Part shown: in pieces, positions 28,871 to 43,014 of the stretch
How positions within the stretch are numbered: the stretch's first letter is position 1
Layout: each line of letters begins with the position of its first letter
From: Camelus dromedarius
Lineage: Eukaryota
Reading direction: 5' to 3'
Assembly (NCBI RefSeq): GCF_036321535.1
Contig: NC_087436.1
Span: 69,504,001 to 69,568,000, forward strand
DNA: 64,000 bases
Program-made: the position numbers and the translations under genes
The notes under the pieces: model-generated
The model's database searches: none
Told to the model about the DNA's origin: nothing
What the model saw: only the letters and a program-made list of their open reading frames with translations

Positions 28871-29137
28871 GCAAAACATTTGATCTTGTCTAGAACATCT
28901 ATTAAGACATTTGGTCCATGCTGAAAGGTTCTTGAAATTTGGTCATATTTTGTCCTGTCCATAATGCCCATGTGAACTTTTGGCCCATGTCAAAAATTCC
29001 CTATATTTTATCCTGTCCAAAATCATTTGCCATAGACCTAATATGCTCATGGACATTTTGAATAGGACTAAATTTCAAGGACCTTTTGGCATGGACTAAA
29101 TGTTTTATGGGAGCTTTGGATAGGGTCAAGTGTTTGC
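28871..29137. repeat. Imperfect inverted repeat (~78-bp arms) built from an ~18-bp repeated motif
   Basis: Left arm 28871-28949 aligns to the reverse complement of 29061-29137 with 17 substitutions and 2 indels by hand. Confidence 0.85.
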
Positions 29138-29685
29138 TAATCCTTCTTACACTTAGTTCTCTGTATTTTCTTTTTATATCTAACCTGGCTTAAAGTTCTT
29201 TGAATCTGGGATCCATGTTTCATTGTTTATTACGTCTAAAACACATTATTTATACATAGGAGGTATTTAATAAATTTTGTTAAGTTTGACATTATGATAA
29301 ATCACTGTTGATTTTTCTCTCTGATAGTAACTAATGAATTATTATGCAAACAATACTTTGATAACATATTCATTGGCTACTTTCTTGGTGCTGTTTCAGA
29401 TTATTAACTATAAACTATAATAGCAGAAGACTATGATTAGTAAACTGTCCAAAATTTAATCTATAGTAGAATATTCTAGGGAAATACATTTCAATGAACT
29501 CCTTGTACAAAAATGTCTTTGATCTTATATTATACTAGCATCATTCTAAGCATACAACAAAGGGACTTTAAGTCCTTTTTAAGATGATATTATGGTTCTA
29601 ATTCATCCATCTTGAAGACTACCTTAAATATCTTCCTTACTAGTCCAATGATGCAGCTTTGAATTAAAAAGATTTTAAATTTCAC

Positions 29686-29691
29686 TTTATT
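29686..29691 (-). terminator. Candidate proximal poly(A) signal of SULT1D1
   Basis: AATAAA on the minus strand ~230 nt after the stop codon; AT-rich context so it may be chance. Confidence 0.35.
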
Positions 29692-29923
29692 ATTTAGTCT
29701 TTAAGAATAATAAAAACATTGTAGAAGGTAGTCAAAATCATGGAGACAGTATTGATTTTTCATACATAAACTTTGATATTTTTTGAATATTCTATTACAA
29801 ACTAATATTTGTTAAAAAGGAAACACTACATATAGAATTTTCTTTCACTAGACATTTGAAGGGATTATTTTATCTTTCAATTTAAATGCCAGCTAAAGGA
29901 GGTGGGGAAAAAGCGGATATTTC

Positions 29924-30148
<225 letters not shown>

Positions 30149-30599
30149 CTATCCACAACCCTATTCGTCATCTCCTACTCCCACTCCCAGACTCCTGGGC
30201 CCTCTTAGTTTTCCAAAAATCCCCATGGATTTTTTTCCAATATCTTATGTAAAAAAAATAATTTCCTAAATAGCTTCAAGAAATATCACTGGGAGACGTG
30301 TCTCAAAATGTTTACCTTTTGGCTTCAAGAGATTTGTTAACAAAGGATACAGAGAATTTTTTAGGTATTTTAAAATTATATTTTCCAATGTCAAATAATA
30401 ATTTATTTTAAAAGTTCTATGATCAAGTAAGATTTGGAAATTACTGGGTTAAATGTCATTAAATATATTTCTTAGATATATTAAATTAAATTCTACATAT
30501 ATTAAATATCTCTCACAAGGCAACCTAGAAGACACATTTGAAAGCACAATTTTATAGGAAAAAAAGGGAAGAAAACATGCCAAAATAACTGTCAATCTG

Positions 30600-30845
30600 A
30601 CCCAGGATTTCTCACCTTTGGCATTTTATTTTTTATATTTATATCTCCACTGCTGACATTTCAACCTAGACAGCTATTTTCTGGGAAGGATGTGGAGGTT
30701 GCCCTGTGCATCATAGGACATTTAGCAGCATTCTTGGCCTCTGTACATTAGGTATCAATAGCAACCCTCTAGTCATGACCATCAAAAATGCCTCCAGATG
30801 TTGTCAAACATCCCCTGGGAGGCACAATCATACCTGGTTGAGATC
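30600..30845. mobile_element. MER20-like hAT element
   Basis: CCCTGTGCATCATAGGACATTTAGCAGCAT...ACCATCAAAAATGCCTCCAGATGTTGTCAAA...CTGGTTGAGA. Confidence 0.7.
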
Positions 30846-32009
30846 CAGATATTTCCAGCAAGACTTATCCATGGCACACTTCCTAACTTTCTTAGAAAAA
30901 AAAAATCTCTATACTGTACTAAGACACATTATAACTAAAATTATCCTTAATAGTCCCTTTATGGGCTCTTCTCAAAACATCTTTCTCCAAACCATCTTAG
31001 ATTACACTCATAATTATTTACCCTCTTCTTCACTGTAAGATTTTATATCTCTGCCCTTTGTCATGTGTTGTGTGATTCCTCCTTGCCTCATTAACTTTGG
31101 GCTTTGATTTTTGATATGTTTTGGTGAACAGAATGCAAATATGTGCGTTATATAACACATCTGAACAGAAACTTCAAAGGGCATGGCAAGTTTCCAACAC
31201 CTTTCTTGCTTTTCCTCTTTTCCATGATGTTGGGCATATCTCACAAGTGGGCAGCTCTTTCAGCCCGGGTTTCAGAAAGAGGAGACACAAGAGGCTGAGA
31301 CCATGAGAGCCAAACAAGACTAATCAGAGTGAAAAAAGAATTGAGCAAAACTCCAGGTGGCCAACATACACCAGAATTAAAAGAAAAATAAATCTTGTGA
31401 TTTTAAGCTACTGAGATTCTAGGGGTTGTTTGTTTTAGCAAGATGACTAATACATACACAACTAATAGACTCAATCAACCAATCTCTGCCTCTCTCTTTG
31501 TCTTGCCACCCTGGCCCCAAACACACACACACACACTTCCACTCAACATGCAATGCATTCATTAAAGGACAGTTTTGTGTAAGATGCTAGCTATACACTG
31601 AGTTCAGTGCTTAGGATGCAATGATTTACCATACTCAGAGTAACAATCTCAAGGAGTTGAGATTTTCCCCTCATTATTTTAGTATTCTCAACATCATTTA
31701 AGCTTACTACTGACCATAGCAAAAACCTTGAGGAATATGAAGAATATCTAGATAATTCATACAAATGAAAGGTATTTTTCTAATACAGCATTAGGTGCCC
31801 AGACTCATGCTTATCGGCACATAGACTCTTGAGTAAATATTTTTCATTAGAAAGTTTATCTTACATGTTAGAGTTTTAGCAATGGTAAAATATCTTTGCC
31901 ACAAATTATTTCCTCTAAGGATTTTTTTCATATTTTTCTCTCCCTAGCATACTTAATCTTTTTCTTGACTACAATATTGCTCTTATCTGCCCAAATATAC
32001 TGTCCATTA

Positions 32010-32234
<225 letters not shown>

Positions 32235-32599
32235 CTAAAGAAATTATAAATAAAAAGTATTATTTCAGGTCCTTTTAGTCACAAAGTAGGCAATGCATCT
32301 AATAAGGTTCTATATATATCAACATGGTGGAAGAAATGATTTTATATTTTTATGTGCACTTTTTATTTTCCTTTCCAGAGTGCATATCCTATTCTTGGTT
32401 ATACCAAGCAACCATCTGCTAGAAGGAAGATTGACATTTCTTTTAAAAAAAAGCAAAAAAAAAAAAAAAGATTAGTACTCAACTTTTCACATTCTAAAGT
32501 AGAATCTGTAGAAAACAGATGGTGATAAAGCAATCTACTATTATCATAAGGTGGAATATTCAAAATCCCTTGATCTCATTTTTTAGCATATTTAATATC

Positions 32600-33260
32600 A
32601 AGAATAGATTACCTACTTAACATTTAGAGAAGAATTAATATGAATCCTTCTCAAACTCTTGCAAAAAGTAGAAGGGAACACTTACACACTCATTTTATGA
32701 GGCTTGCGTTACCCTGATACCAAAGCCAGGCAAGGACAGTAGAAGAAAAAAAATTCAGATCGATAACTTCAGTGAACACCAAACCAAAAATGCTGAGCAA
32801 AATACTGGCAAAAGATATTCAGCATGTTAAAAGGATTATATATGGTGATCAAGTGGGATTTATTCCAGGAATGCAAAGATGGTTTAACATCTGCAAATCA
32901 TCAATGTGATACAGCATATTAACAAAATGAGACGGAACATACCTCAACACAATAAAAGCCATATATGAAAAGTCTAGAGCTAACATACTCAATGGTGAAA
33001 AGCTGAGGGCTTTTCCTCTAAGATTCGGAATAATTGTTAGCTATAGTTAATAATACTACATTGTACATTTGAAAGTTGCTGAGAGTAGATCTTAAAAGCT
33101 ATCATCATGAGGATAAAAATGTGTTAACTATCTGTGGTGATAGATTTCAACTAGACTTATTGTGGAGATGATTTCACAATATAGACAGATATTGAATCAT
33201 TATGTTGCACACTAGAAACCAATATTACATTATATGTCAATTATATCTAGATAAAAATAA
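32600..33260 (+). mobile_element. Old L1 fragments (ORF2 RT region plus 3' end)
   Basis: CATTTTATGAGGC..ACCCTGATACCAAAGCCAG, GATCAAGTGGGATTTATTCCAGGAATGCAA; L1MA-like 3' end. Confidence 0.8.
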
Positions 33261-35055
33261 AGAATAGGTTACCTATCTCAGAGAATTCTCTTACAGTGGG
33301 AAAAAATACTCTTTCTACCTCTCATACTTAAATAGACTTTTTGATAGTCTGAGTATAGGAGGAGGTCAGTAGAATACAATCATGTGTATTTTCCAACCTA
33401 AGAAGTGCTGGGGAGGAGGAAGAGGCAATGATAAAGAAGAGGGATCTATGTAATGTACTTCTTATGATTTCCCTTCTCTGTGCATCAGGACTGTGCATAG
33501 GACAGCTTGTTAGATACAGTGGCTCTAATAGAAGCTATTTATTGTAACTACAGAGCATATCTTTGTGTAAATAAGACATACACCTTAATTATTCAAGTGA
33601 AAGAATCACTATGAAAGTTGAATTCCCAGTTATGCCAAATCTATTATGTGAAAGTTAAATGGAAAGGTGAAGAGGAAAGGTTGGACTGCTCAGTCTTAGA
33701 ATGATAAAATCTGTGGTGGATCTGATGACACAGAGACCCTGGAACCCTTGAACAATTTTGAGCTTTTTCTGACTGTAGATGTAACTTCTCCTGTATTTAA
33801 GAAGACTAAGCTTTCTCTCCTTGAAGCCTTTTTAATGACTTAATGTGAAAAGTTTCCTTTCAAGATAATGTGGAAGAGGTATCCTCTTCCAGACACACTC
33901 CAACCACTATTCGTTGCTTCAAGACCCATGAGTAGGGAAGCATATCACCCCATAGTCCAGAATGACCAGTGCTAAGTGGTTTAAACAGGATGCAGAAGAA
34001 GCTGAGAATTTGACTAAGGAATCTGCCATAGGGGTCACCTTAGTTGGGTAAGGTGGTTTCTCTAGGGGCTACGGAACAGATTTCCCAAATAAGAGATGAA
34101 TGGTAGTTAAAGTCATCTAAAGGAATTTAGATGTGGACAAGCTTGTTGAGAGGCATTCAATTTAAGAGATGTGAAACATTCCTTAAATGGGCTGTTTAAA
34201 TAGTCAGATAAGGATAAGTGTTTATTCAAATTGGAGAGTATTATTCTCCATGCTAATAATCAGACAGAAGAAGAAAAAAAAATAAAAGCTAGATGTTTTA
34301 CAGTTTAAGTAATGAAATTATATTGTTTCCCCACTGCACTTGTGACATGGTGAAACAACTGTGAACAAGATAACCTTAATTTCTATATTCAAGGAGCTTC
34401 CATAATAAATAGTACAGGAGACCAAAAAAAGAATAAGCAAAGAAACTCATACATAAAATAATTAGTAATGGTGGTGGATACAATGAAAAGAACAATAGCA
34501 GCACAAGAGACTTTAATAGGTAACAGCAAGGTAAATTATTTTACATTGTGGCTGTGGAAGAACTCTGGAGAGGTAACATTTAAGACATGAAGGATGAGGA
34601 AAGGTTAATGTAAAAATAGTGGGAAAAAGTATTTCAGGTAGGCTCACTTGGTGAGAAGGAAAAAGAGGCACCTCAAGAGGTTGGTGAGATAGAGACTAAT
34701 GCTGAATTCAATATATCATCTTAATGATTTTATATTTCACCTAGAGACAGAGGCCGTTGAGAGATTTGAAGGATTGGTCGTACCCTGAGTTAGGTTTTAA
34801 GAAGATCGTTCTCTCTGAGTGGATCATAGAAGCAAATCAGATAGTTCAAATAAGTCAAGATAGTTGCCTGAACCAGAGTAGGAGGCAGTGATGGTAGAAA
34901 GAAGTGGATTAAGTGAAAGATCAATTTTCAAGGTAAAGCTAATAGGATAGTAGATTAGTCATAGTTATAGATCAAAAAGAAAGAAAAGTGGGATATAAAG
35001 AAGATGAATCTTAGGTTTCTTTAAAAATAAAGAAGAAATTGCACTTTGCTCTTAC

Positions 35056-35153
35056 CTCTTTCATGTCCTCATAGAATAGGTAAAGAATATGATGATACTC
35101 TTTCCTCTTCTCCCACCAGCCCTTAACATGGTCATATCAAGAACCAAAGGCCA
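35056..35153 (-). pseudogene. SULT1D1: SULT1D1 coding exon 5 (98 nt) with in-frame stop and 3-nt insertion
   Basis: (V)[34 protein letters not shown] at 35139-35137; 98 nt versus 95 nt for the paralogous SULT1B1 exon. Confidence 0.93.
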
Positions 35154-35361
35154 CTAAATTGAAGGATAAAATGTTTCCAAAATTAAACCTATTTACACGA
35201 AGTAAGGAATTGTTAACCATTATTCCCAGTCATCATTATCAATACATACACATCGATTACTTATTAGTTCAAGAATGCGGAGTGGTAGGACAAGAAAAGT
35301 TTATCAAATAACCCCTGTTCTCACTGAACTTACAATCTGCTTGGAAAGGATAAAATAATTC

Positions 35362-36735
35362 TGTTATGGGATAAATTGTGTCCCCCTAAAATTCTTTGAA
35401 GTCCTAACCCCCAGTACTTCAGACTATAATTGATTTTGGAAATAAATTGGAAAAGGAATTATTGAGCAAAAAGGAACCAGAACTTGAAGATTTATAAAAT
35501 TCTCAGCTTATCTAGTTATTTTTTTATTAAAGTACAGTCAATTATAATATGTCAATTTTTGGTGTACAGCACAATGTCCCAGTCATGCATGTGCATACAT
35601 GTATTCATTTTCATATTTTTTCATTAAAGGTTATTACAAGATATTGAGCACAGTTCTGTAAATTCTCAGCTTATCCATATTGCAAAAATATGAGAAAGCA
35701 TGCTCTGGAGAGACCACCAAGGGTGTGGCTGGACAATCTTTATCAAAGAGATTAAATGTGTGACTTGTGGATCCAATAACTCATCTCAGGAAAAACACTG
35801 CCAATTGAGACTAAAGGGGACAGTGGCAGGATGCAGTGCAGGAAGATTCTTGTACCCCTGGGATGCTACAGACGAGAAATTAGCCAATAGAGCTATCTGG
35901 CAGTGGACATACTTTATTTTTCAAGAATGATTCTGAAGAAGGTTCAGGGTCAGCAGGGCTGTCACTGTCACCACAGGCACAGAGGTCATGGGCCTGGGGG
36001 GTCGGTCAGGGCATCCCCAGTGGACCCAGAAGGCAGAGCATCAAGTCAGAGGACTATTCCCAAGCCTTAACATCTAATGGGATTTGCCCTGCTAGGCTTC
36101 AGGCTTTCTTCTTCCTGATTTCTCTCTTTTCATATAAGAATGTTAACCTACGTGCCTGTCCCAGCATTGTATTTTCAAAGGAGATAACTTATTGTTTGTT
36201 TTTACATATTTACAGCTTAGAGAGGAATTTTTTCTCAGGATAAATCATACCATTAAGTCTTACCCATACCTGATTTTCATGATAGTTAGATGATATTTTA
36301 GGCTGAGTTGATGCTGAAATCAGTTAAGACTTTTGGGGATATTGGGACGTATTTGGCATGCGAGAAGAATATGAATTTTAGGAGGCCAGAATGCGGAGTG
36401 CTATGGGCTGAACTTTGTGCCCCTCAGTTCATGTGCTGAAGTCCCAACCCCTGTACTTCAGAATGCGACTGTATTTGAAGATAGCATCTTAGGTAATTAA
36501 ATTAAAATGAGGTCATTAGGATAAGCAGACATGCACACACAGAGACTATCACGCAAAGACAGAGGGAGAAGATAGCTACCAACAAGCCAAGAAGAAAGGA
36601 CTCAGAAGAAATCAACCCGAGAACACCTTCAACTCGGATGACTTCTACCCTCTGGAACTGTGAGAAAGTGAATTTATGTTGTTTAAACCACTCAGTCTGT
36701 GTTGCTTTGTTGTGGTGACCCTAGCAAACAAATAC
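35362..36735 (+). mobile_element. MaLR (MLT1) LTR-internal-LTR remnant
   Basis: Two MLT1-like LTR starts (TGTTATGGGATAAATTGTGTCCCC at 35362; TGCTATGGGCTGAACTTTGTGCCCC at ~36399), end CCTAGCAAACAAATACA. Confidence 0.75.
35513..35659 (-). mobile_element. 5'-truncated L1 3' end with 16-bp TSD
   Basis: TSD AAATTCTCAGCTTATC at 35497-35512 and 35660-35675; T-tract plus L1 3'UTR-like sequence. Confidence 0.85.
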
Positions 36736-37474
36736 AACTATGAAAAAATAAAGCTAAAAATACAGGAGCAAGATGGCAGACACTAAGGAACACAAATGCC
36801 ACAGTAAGTGGTACTGAAGTTCTTAGGACAAGGAGAGTAGGAGAGAAAAACAAAGAGATTGAGAGGTTAAGAAAGGGCTGTGGAGGAGGTAGACTGTATT
36901 TAGATCTAAGAAGAAGAGTTGGGTTTTAATAATGGTGAGAATGGGTAGATATTCTATGGACAGAGAACAGTCCAAGCAATAGCAGTGGTAGCAATTTACA
37001 GGACACCATTGAAATGCATTTCCTCGAAAAGAGAGTCATTGTAGAAGAATATTTATATGAGAATTATAAGAGAGTTACTGTTATGGGCATGAATACGTTT
37101 CCCTGAGAGATAGAAGAACAGAACCTTGACCATAAAATTTTCACTCAAGAATTTCCAGTTTATGTAATAAAAAATGAAGGAGTGGTAGAGAAAAGAGTGT
37201 CCAAGATCTATGTATAAAATCAAAACAATACAATGGCATGGACAGTAAGAGAAGAAAGCACTTCGTAGTGGTCCCTACACTAATGAAGGAAAGAGAGAAA
37301 TCTCTTATGTCGCATATCCCCTAAAAGTCCTTAATGGGAAGAGACAACTATATATTCTGCTTTGTCTGTCGTCTTCCTAATACGTTAGTAGAGTGCTGGG
37401 TACATACTAGGTTTATAATACATATGAGATTTATATTTAAAGTTTACACCTTTTTGCAAAAAGACTTTTCACTA

Positions 37475-37699
<225 letters not shown>

Positions 37700-39289
37700 T
37701 TACCTTAACAAAATGCTTATTTTCTCTGTTTTATTTCTTAATCCAAGCATTTATATCTATAGCCTTATGTAGTGTATTCACAACTACATATTATGTTAAC
37801 ACAAAGACTTCTCATCTCTCACGCCCCTGCTTTGTCTTCAGCCTTTGAAAAGAAGAACATCTCTTAACATATGGAAAATCAATTATAAGAAGAATTATAG
37901 TAAATATTAAATTGACAAAAATAAACTAATGTTGTTGCTAAATGTAGAATATTTCTCTGTATCACTTGTTAAAACTAATAATGATAATAAGAAGTAAATT
38001 TTTAAAGCTAACAAAACACCTTATTTTTCATTGAAAATAAATTATTATTTGGGTAAATTTAATCAAGGAAATTAAACATTCTTCATTCTGTCCATGATCA
38101 TGGCTACATAACAATCACTGCTGCTTATAATGATTGGCATGAGAATAAAATTTATGTATGAAGACCTCAAGCCTGCCTGGAGGCAGAATTTTGAACATGT
38201 TTCCCGATAAAAATGACATTGCTATGCCTCATTGGCAATTAGGTCCACTGAAATCCATTAAGCCCACTTCTCCACTAAAGCACAACTAACAATACTGAGG
38301 CCCCAGCCACCCATTTGTAAATATATATCTAAGGAAGAATATAGTTCAGGAAGAAATCTCCTTTCATCTAAGTAGAATCTGAGCTTCCTTCTTGTCCAAC
38401 TGATGGGAAAAGGAAACGAAAATTTTTATAATCCCAAATCACTGGTAGTAGTTCTGATATTCTGGGGCAAGAAGAGGAGGAGAAAGGCAGTGGCTAGAAA
38501 GGGGTTTTTCAAAAGTTTGAGGGTAGAGTTTTGAGAATTGAGATTCTATTTTTGACGGAATTTCTTGAGAAAATACTAAACCTTATAAGCAGGCTCAATA
38601 ACTTCCTACTTCAGTCCTGAGAGACTATGGTAAGGAATCAGCATTTTCTTTTCCTATCATCATCACATCTAAGTTCCTTAAAGAGGTCTGTTTCCCCTTG
38701 CCTCAGTGTAGACAGGAGGCTATCTAAGGATATATCCCCCAGTTCTCTTAATAGCAAGGGCATGTGTTTCTGGGGGCTTCCATAGATTTTTACTTCTAGA
38801 TTTAAGATGATAAACTGTATCTTTACATCCTTATCACTTTTGCTTTAATTAGACTTTAAGTGATAAAGGAAGTTACACACAAACACACATATAAAACCTT
38901 TGTATAACAAAATTGGAAGCATAATCAATCAGTTTTTCAAAGGGAAAACAACAACTGTTTTGCTCATTTTATGAAAAATGCTGTGGCAATGGCATACTCT
39001 AAACACCTTTCTCATACCTAGGGATTCGGTGATTGCCCAGCTCTCCAGGTTCATTTTCCAGACACACTGAGCCACTTGTGGGATCTGACACATGCCTTGC
39101 TCTTCCACATCTGTTAGGCTATGTGCATATACTTTTCTCTCTGTAGTAACATGTTCTTAGATCCCAGAGAATAGCTTGTGTTTGCATTTATAATGACAAT
39201 CATCATATCTGGTACATACATGGTACCATTTCCACAGATGTTTACTGACTATACACTTATTGAATGATTTTGCTTATTGAAAGTTGAAA

Positions 39290-41690
39290 CAGATAAAATA
39301 CCAAAGAGAAATAAAGAACTTATAGTTAAATTTCAATATCCTTCTGTCAATAACTGATAGAAAAATATAAAGAATGAGAAGGGTGACATTAATCCAGATT
39401 CTGGCCATTAAAAGGATATTAAAGGAATTTCATGAGCAACTTTATTACAAAAATTTGAGAATTTAAATGAAATGGACCAATTCATTAAAAGACACAAACT
39501 ACCGAAGATCAGGTAAGGTGAAGTACATTGTCTACATAATCCTATTTCTATTAAATACGTTGAATTTTTATTTAAAAATCCTTCCAGATAAAGAAAATTC
39601 CAGGCTTAGATGGCTTTGCTGATAAATTGTACAAAATATTTAAGAACGAAATAGTACCAGTTCCAACTAAATACTTGGAAAAAAATTGAAAAAGAGTAAA
39701 TACCTTTCAAATCATCTTATGAGGCCAGCATTACCCTAACAACAAAGAGATTATTCTCTAATGACAAAGACATTATGATAGCAAAAAGTAACTATAGGCC
39801 AATATTTCTCAAAGATGAAAATTTTAAAAAATTAACAAGTTGAATCCAACAATATAAAAAAGACAATATATCATAAAGAAATACAAGATAAACAGATTAA
39901 AATAATAGAAAACCATACAATAGGTCTAAATAGACATAAAAAACAGACAAAATCCAATATCCATTCCTGATAAAAATTCAGCAAAGTAGGACTTAGAGTG
40001 GAACTTCTTCAGCTGGATAAGAGCATACACAAAAAACCTATAGGTAACATCATCATTCTTAGAAGTGAAATATTCATGCATTTTTTTCTAAAGTCAAAAG
40101 CAAGATTTCTGCTCTCACCGTTCCTATTAAGTATTACGTTAGAGATTCTTACCATTTCAAGAGGGCAAGAAAAAGAAGTAAAAGATATCCAGATTGAGAA
40201 AAAAAGAAGTAAGAATATTTTTTATTTACTGACAGAGTGAGCATCTATATAGAACAATGAGTGAAATCTATTTTTTAAAAAGCAACAAGCTCTATTAAGT
40301 AAATTTAGCAAGGTTTCGAGATAAAAGATCTATGTTCATATACTAGCAACACTTGGAAAATAACGTTAGTGTGTCTGTGTGTGTGTTCATGTGTGTGGGG
40401 AGAGAGAGTGATTCAGACATTTTTAAAAAGAACATTGCTATTTCTGTTATAGGTATTAAACAGCACTGTAGATCTAAATGGAGTAACTGAAACAATAAAG
40501 CCTACAGACGTAAACAGAAGGGAGAAGGTCTTCATGACTTTGGGCATGACTTTTTTTTTTTTTAAACAAATACAAAAAGCTCTAACCATAAAGAAAAAAA
40601 AAAGACTGATAAATCAAGTAACTTCAAAATTAAGAACTTCTTTAAAAACATTATTAAATGAAAAAAGAAAAAAGAAAATGGGATAATATAAAGAAATTAA
40701 ATTATCCCATCAGAAGACTTACATCCAGAATATATGAAGAATTTCTACCCTAATAATAAATAAAAAGGAGCTGCTATAGAAAAAAATTGCAAAGTACTTG
40801 AACACATACCTCAGAAAAGAAAATATCTAAGCTATGTAAAGACATTTCACCTAACTAGTCATTAGGGAAATACAAAGTAAAACCACAATGAGATGTCACC
40901 AGACATTTACGGGTATGGCTAAAATTAAATATTTTAGCTATATTTTGCGTTGTTGAGGATGTAGAGGAACTTCAACTCACACACTACTGGTCAAAGTGTA
41001 AGCTGGTACATATGATTTGAAAATATATTTGAATATATCTTCTAGAGGTGGACAAATACGTACTCTAAGATCAAGCAATTCTATCCAAGATACATAACCA
41101 AAAGAAACGTGTACGCATATGTGCAATGAAAGACTTGCTTAAGGATGTGCCCTGCAGCACTAGTTTAACTCCTGACAACTAACAACAACCTAGCTGTCCT
41201 ACTGTGCCGGGGATAAGTAATTTGTGGAATATTCACACACATAACGGAACACCTTACATCAGTGGTTCTCAAATGATTTATCAGTAGTATAAATCAAATA
41301 TACTTGGAGGTCTTATTAAAACTCAGATTGCTGGACCCGTACCCAGAGTTTCTGATTCAGTAGATCAGAACTGGACCTGAGAATCTGCACCTCTAATAAG
41401 CTACTTTGGGCCAGGATACCATAGTTTGTGATCCAGCAGGCTACATTACAGAAACAATACAAAGCAAAATAACAAGCATGATGAGAATTGATCTCATAAA
41501 TGTTATGCTAAGTGACATAAGTTAAATATTTAAGTGTATTTATGATTACAGACAAAACAATCAAACTATTTTATGGTGAAAACATTCGCTATAGTAGTTA
41601 TCTTTAGATAGGAGTTCCTGCCTGGAAGGGCACAGGAACAGAAGTTTTGGGGTGCTGGTAAACTTCAATTTATTATCCGGCGAATTCTAG
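39290..41690 (+). mobile_element. Degraded ancient L1 (ORF2 to 3'UTR)
   Basis: TATGAGGCCAGCATTACCCTAA, GGCAAGAAAAAGAAGTAAAAGATATCCAGATTG, CATTAGGGAAATACAAAGTAAAACCACAATGAGAT. Confidence 0.8.
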
Positions 41691-41960
41691 TGTATTTAAA
41701 TATCCATTGTTTAAAAGCAGACAGTGAATGAAGGGGTTTAGACAAGAAGGCATTTTTGAGAACAGAAAACCCGAGCAAGTCTCAGTGCCTGCACATTGAG
41801 TGCAGTCCTTTATTTATATCACTGATGTCCGCTGGTGTTTGGGATACAGGAAAAACATTATATTTTTTGCAATAATTTATTCAGAGGTTGCAATCTGTCA
41901 TCTTAATTTCTGAATAATTAGTAAAAGAACACAACACATTTTTTTTTTTTAATTTGCTAC

Positions 41961-42058
41961 CTTGCAGTTATTTTTCCAAAATGAAGAGGGGAGAAGTTGA
42001 ACCGGTAGATGTGTTTTCACTAATCAAGGAGACTGCATGTCATTCAATTCCTCAACAC
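41961..42058 (-). pseudogene. SULT1D1: SULT1D1 coding exon 3 (98 nt) with in-frame stop
   Basis: [31 protein letters not shown]; TGA at 42026-42024. Confidence 0.93.
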
Positions 42059-42888
42059 CTACAAGCACAAAAGTTGAGCTACATTATAAATATGGAATCA
42101 TAAAGGTCAATTGCAATATAACCTAAGACTTTGTAAACATTAACCCAACAGTATGACTTGAAATGGCTATGGCTTTATTGGCCTCAAATACTTCTAAAAT
42201 CTACAATGAGAATAGAAACTGGTAACATCTGGTCAGTTAGGCTGCTTTATTTATAAATAGTAGGGCTTATTATCTTCATAAGTGTCTATAAAATCCTCAG
42301 ATATAATCCCTTGATGAGGCAGAAACAGCAGTAGTTCAAGTGTAAGATGTCCTAATTTTTCCTTCATTTATTTCCTTCATTCTTCTTTTTCTTACTTAAA
42401 ATATAAGGAAATTGAACTAGAGGATTTCAAAATTTCTTTCCAGCTTTCTTATATTCAAATCCCAAAGCCAAATTAAGCCATGAAGCTTAGGGCTAGTTTT
42501 AAACAAGGTCATATATTCTCATCCTCCTTTTCTTTGAGTCTGTAAACATTAGCTACATAGCAGTAGACATGATTCTGTATTGGATCAAACACTGAATTTT
42601 CTACATATAATCATCACACATTATTTAAATGTTGAAGACTTCCATCCATCCTATTCAGAAAAAAAAATACACTCATCAAAATCTTCTCTTATACAGATAT
42701 TATCTTTGGCTGGAAGATGAGCACCACATAGCTACTGGCATAACAGAATTTCTCCTCTTCTATTACAGACACTTATGATTCAGCTGTCTAAGGTTGTTCT
42801 GTATCATTTTCCACCATGATTCCTCCAGACACCACAAAAAGCCAGAGGATTTATTCCTATGGTGAAAAGGAACATTAAGAGAAAATAC

Positions 42889-43014
42889 AATTTGTGATTC
42901 CAGGAATTATAAGTTCCATGAATGGCACTCGTTTGAATATTGCGTCTTGTTTACATTTCTCCACATCCCCATTGTTACAGATCAAATCCAATATTTCACT
43001 GATCCAGGTTGTTC
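42889..43014 (-). pseudogene. SULT1D1: SULT1D1 coding exon 2 (126 nt)
   Basis: (G)[41 protein letters not shown]; tcag| acceptor; weak donor ATT|GTATTT. Confidence 0.9.

Noticed and set aside
28871..29137. CRISPR-like repeat-spacer reading of the motif array
   Set aside because: Mammalian DNA, degenerate repeats in both orientations, very short spacers and no cas genes
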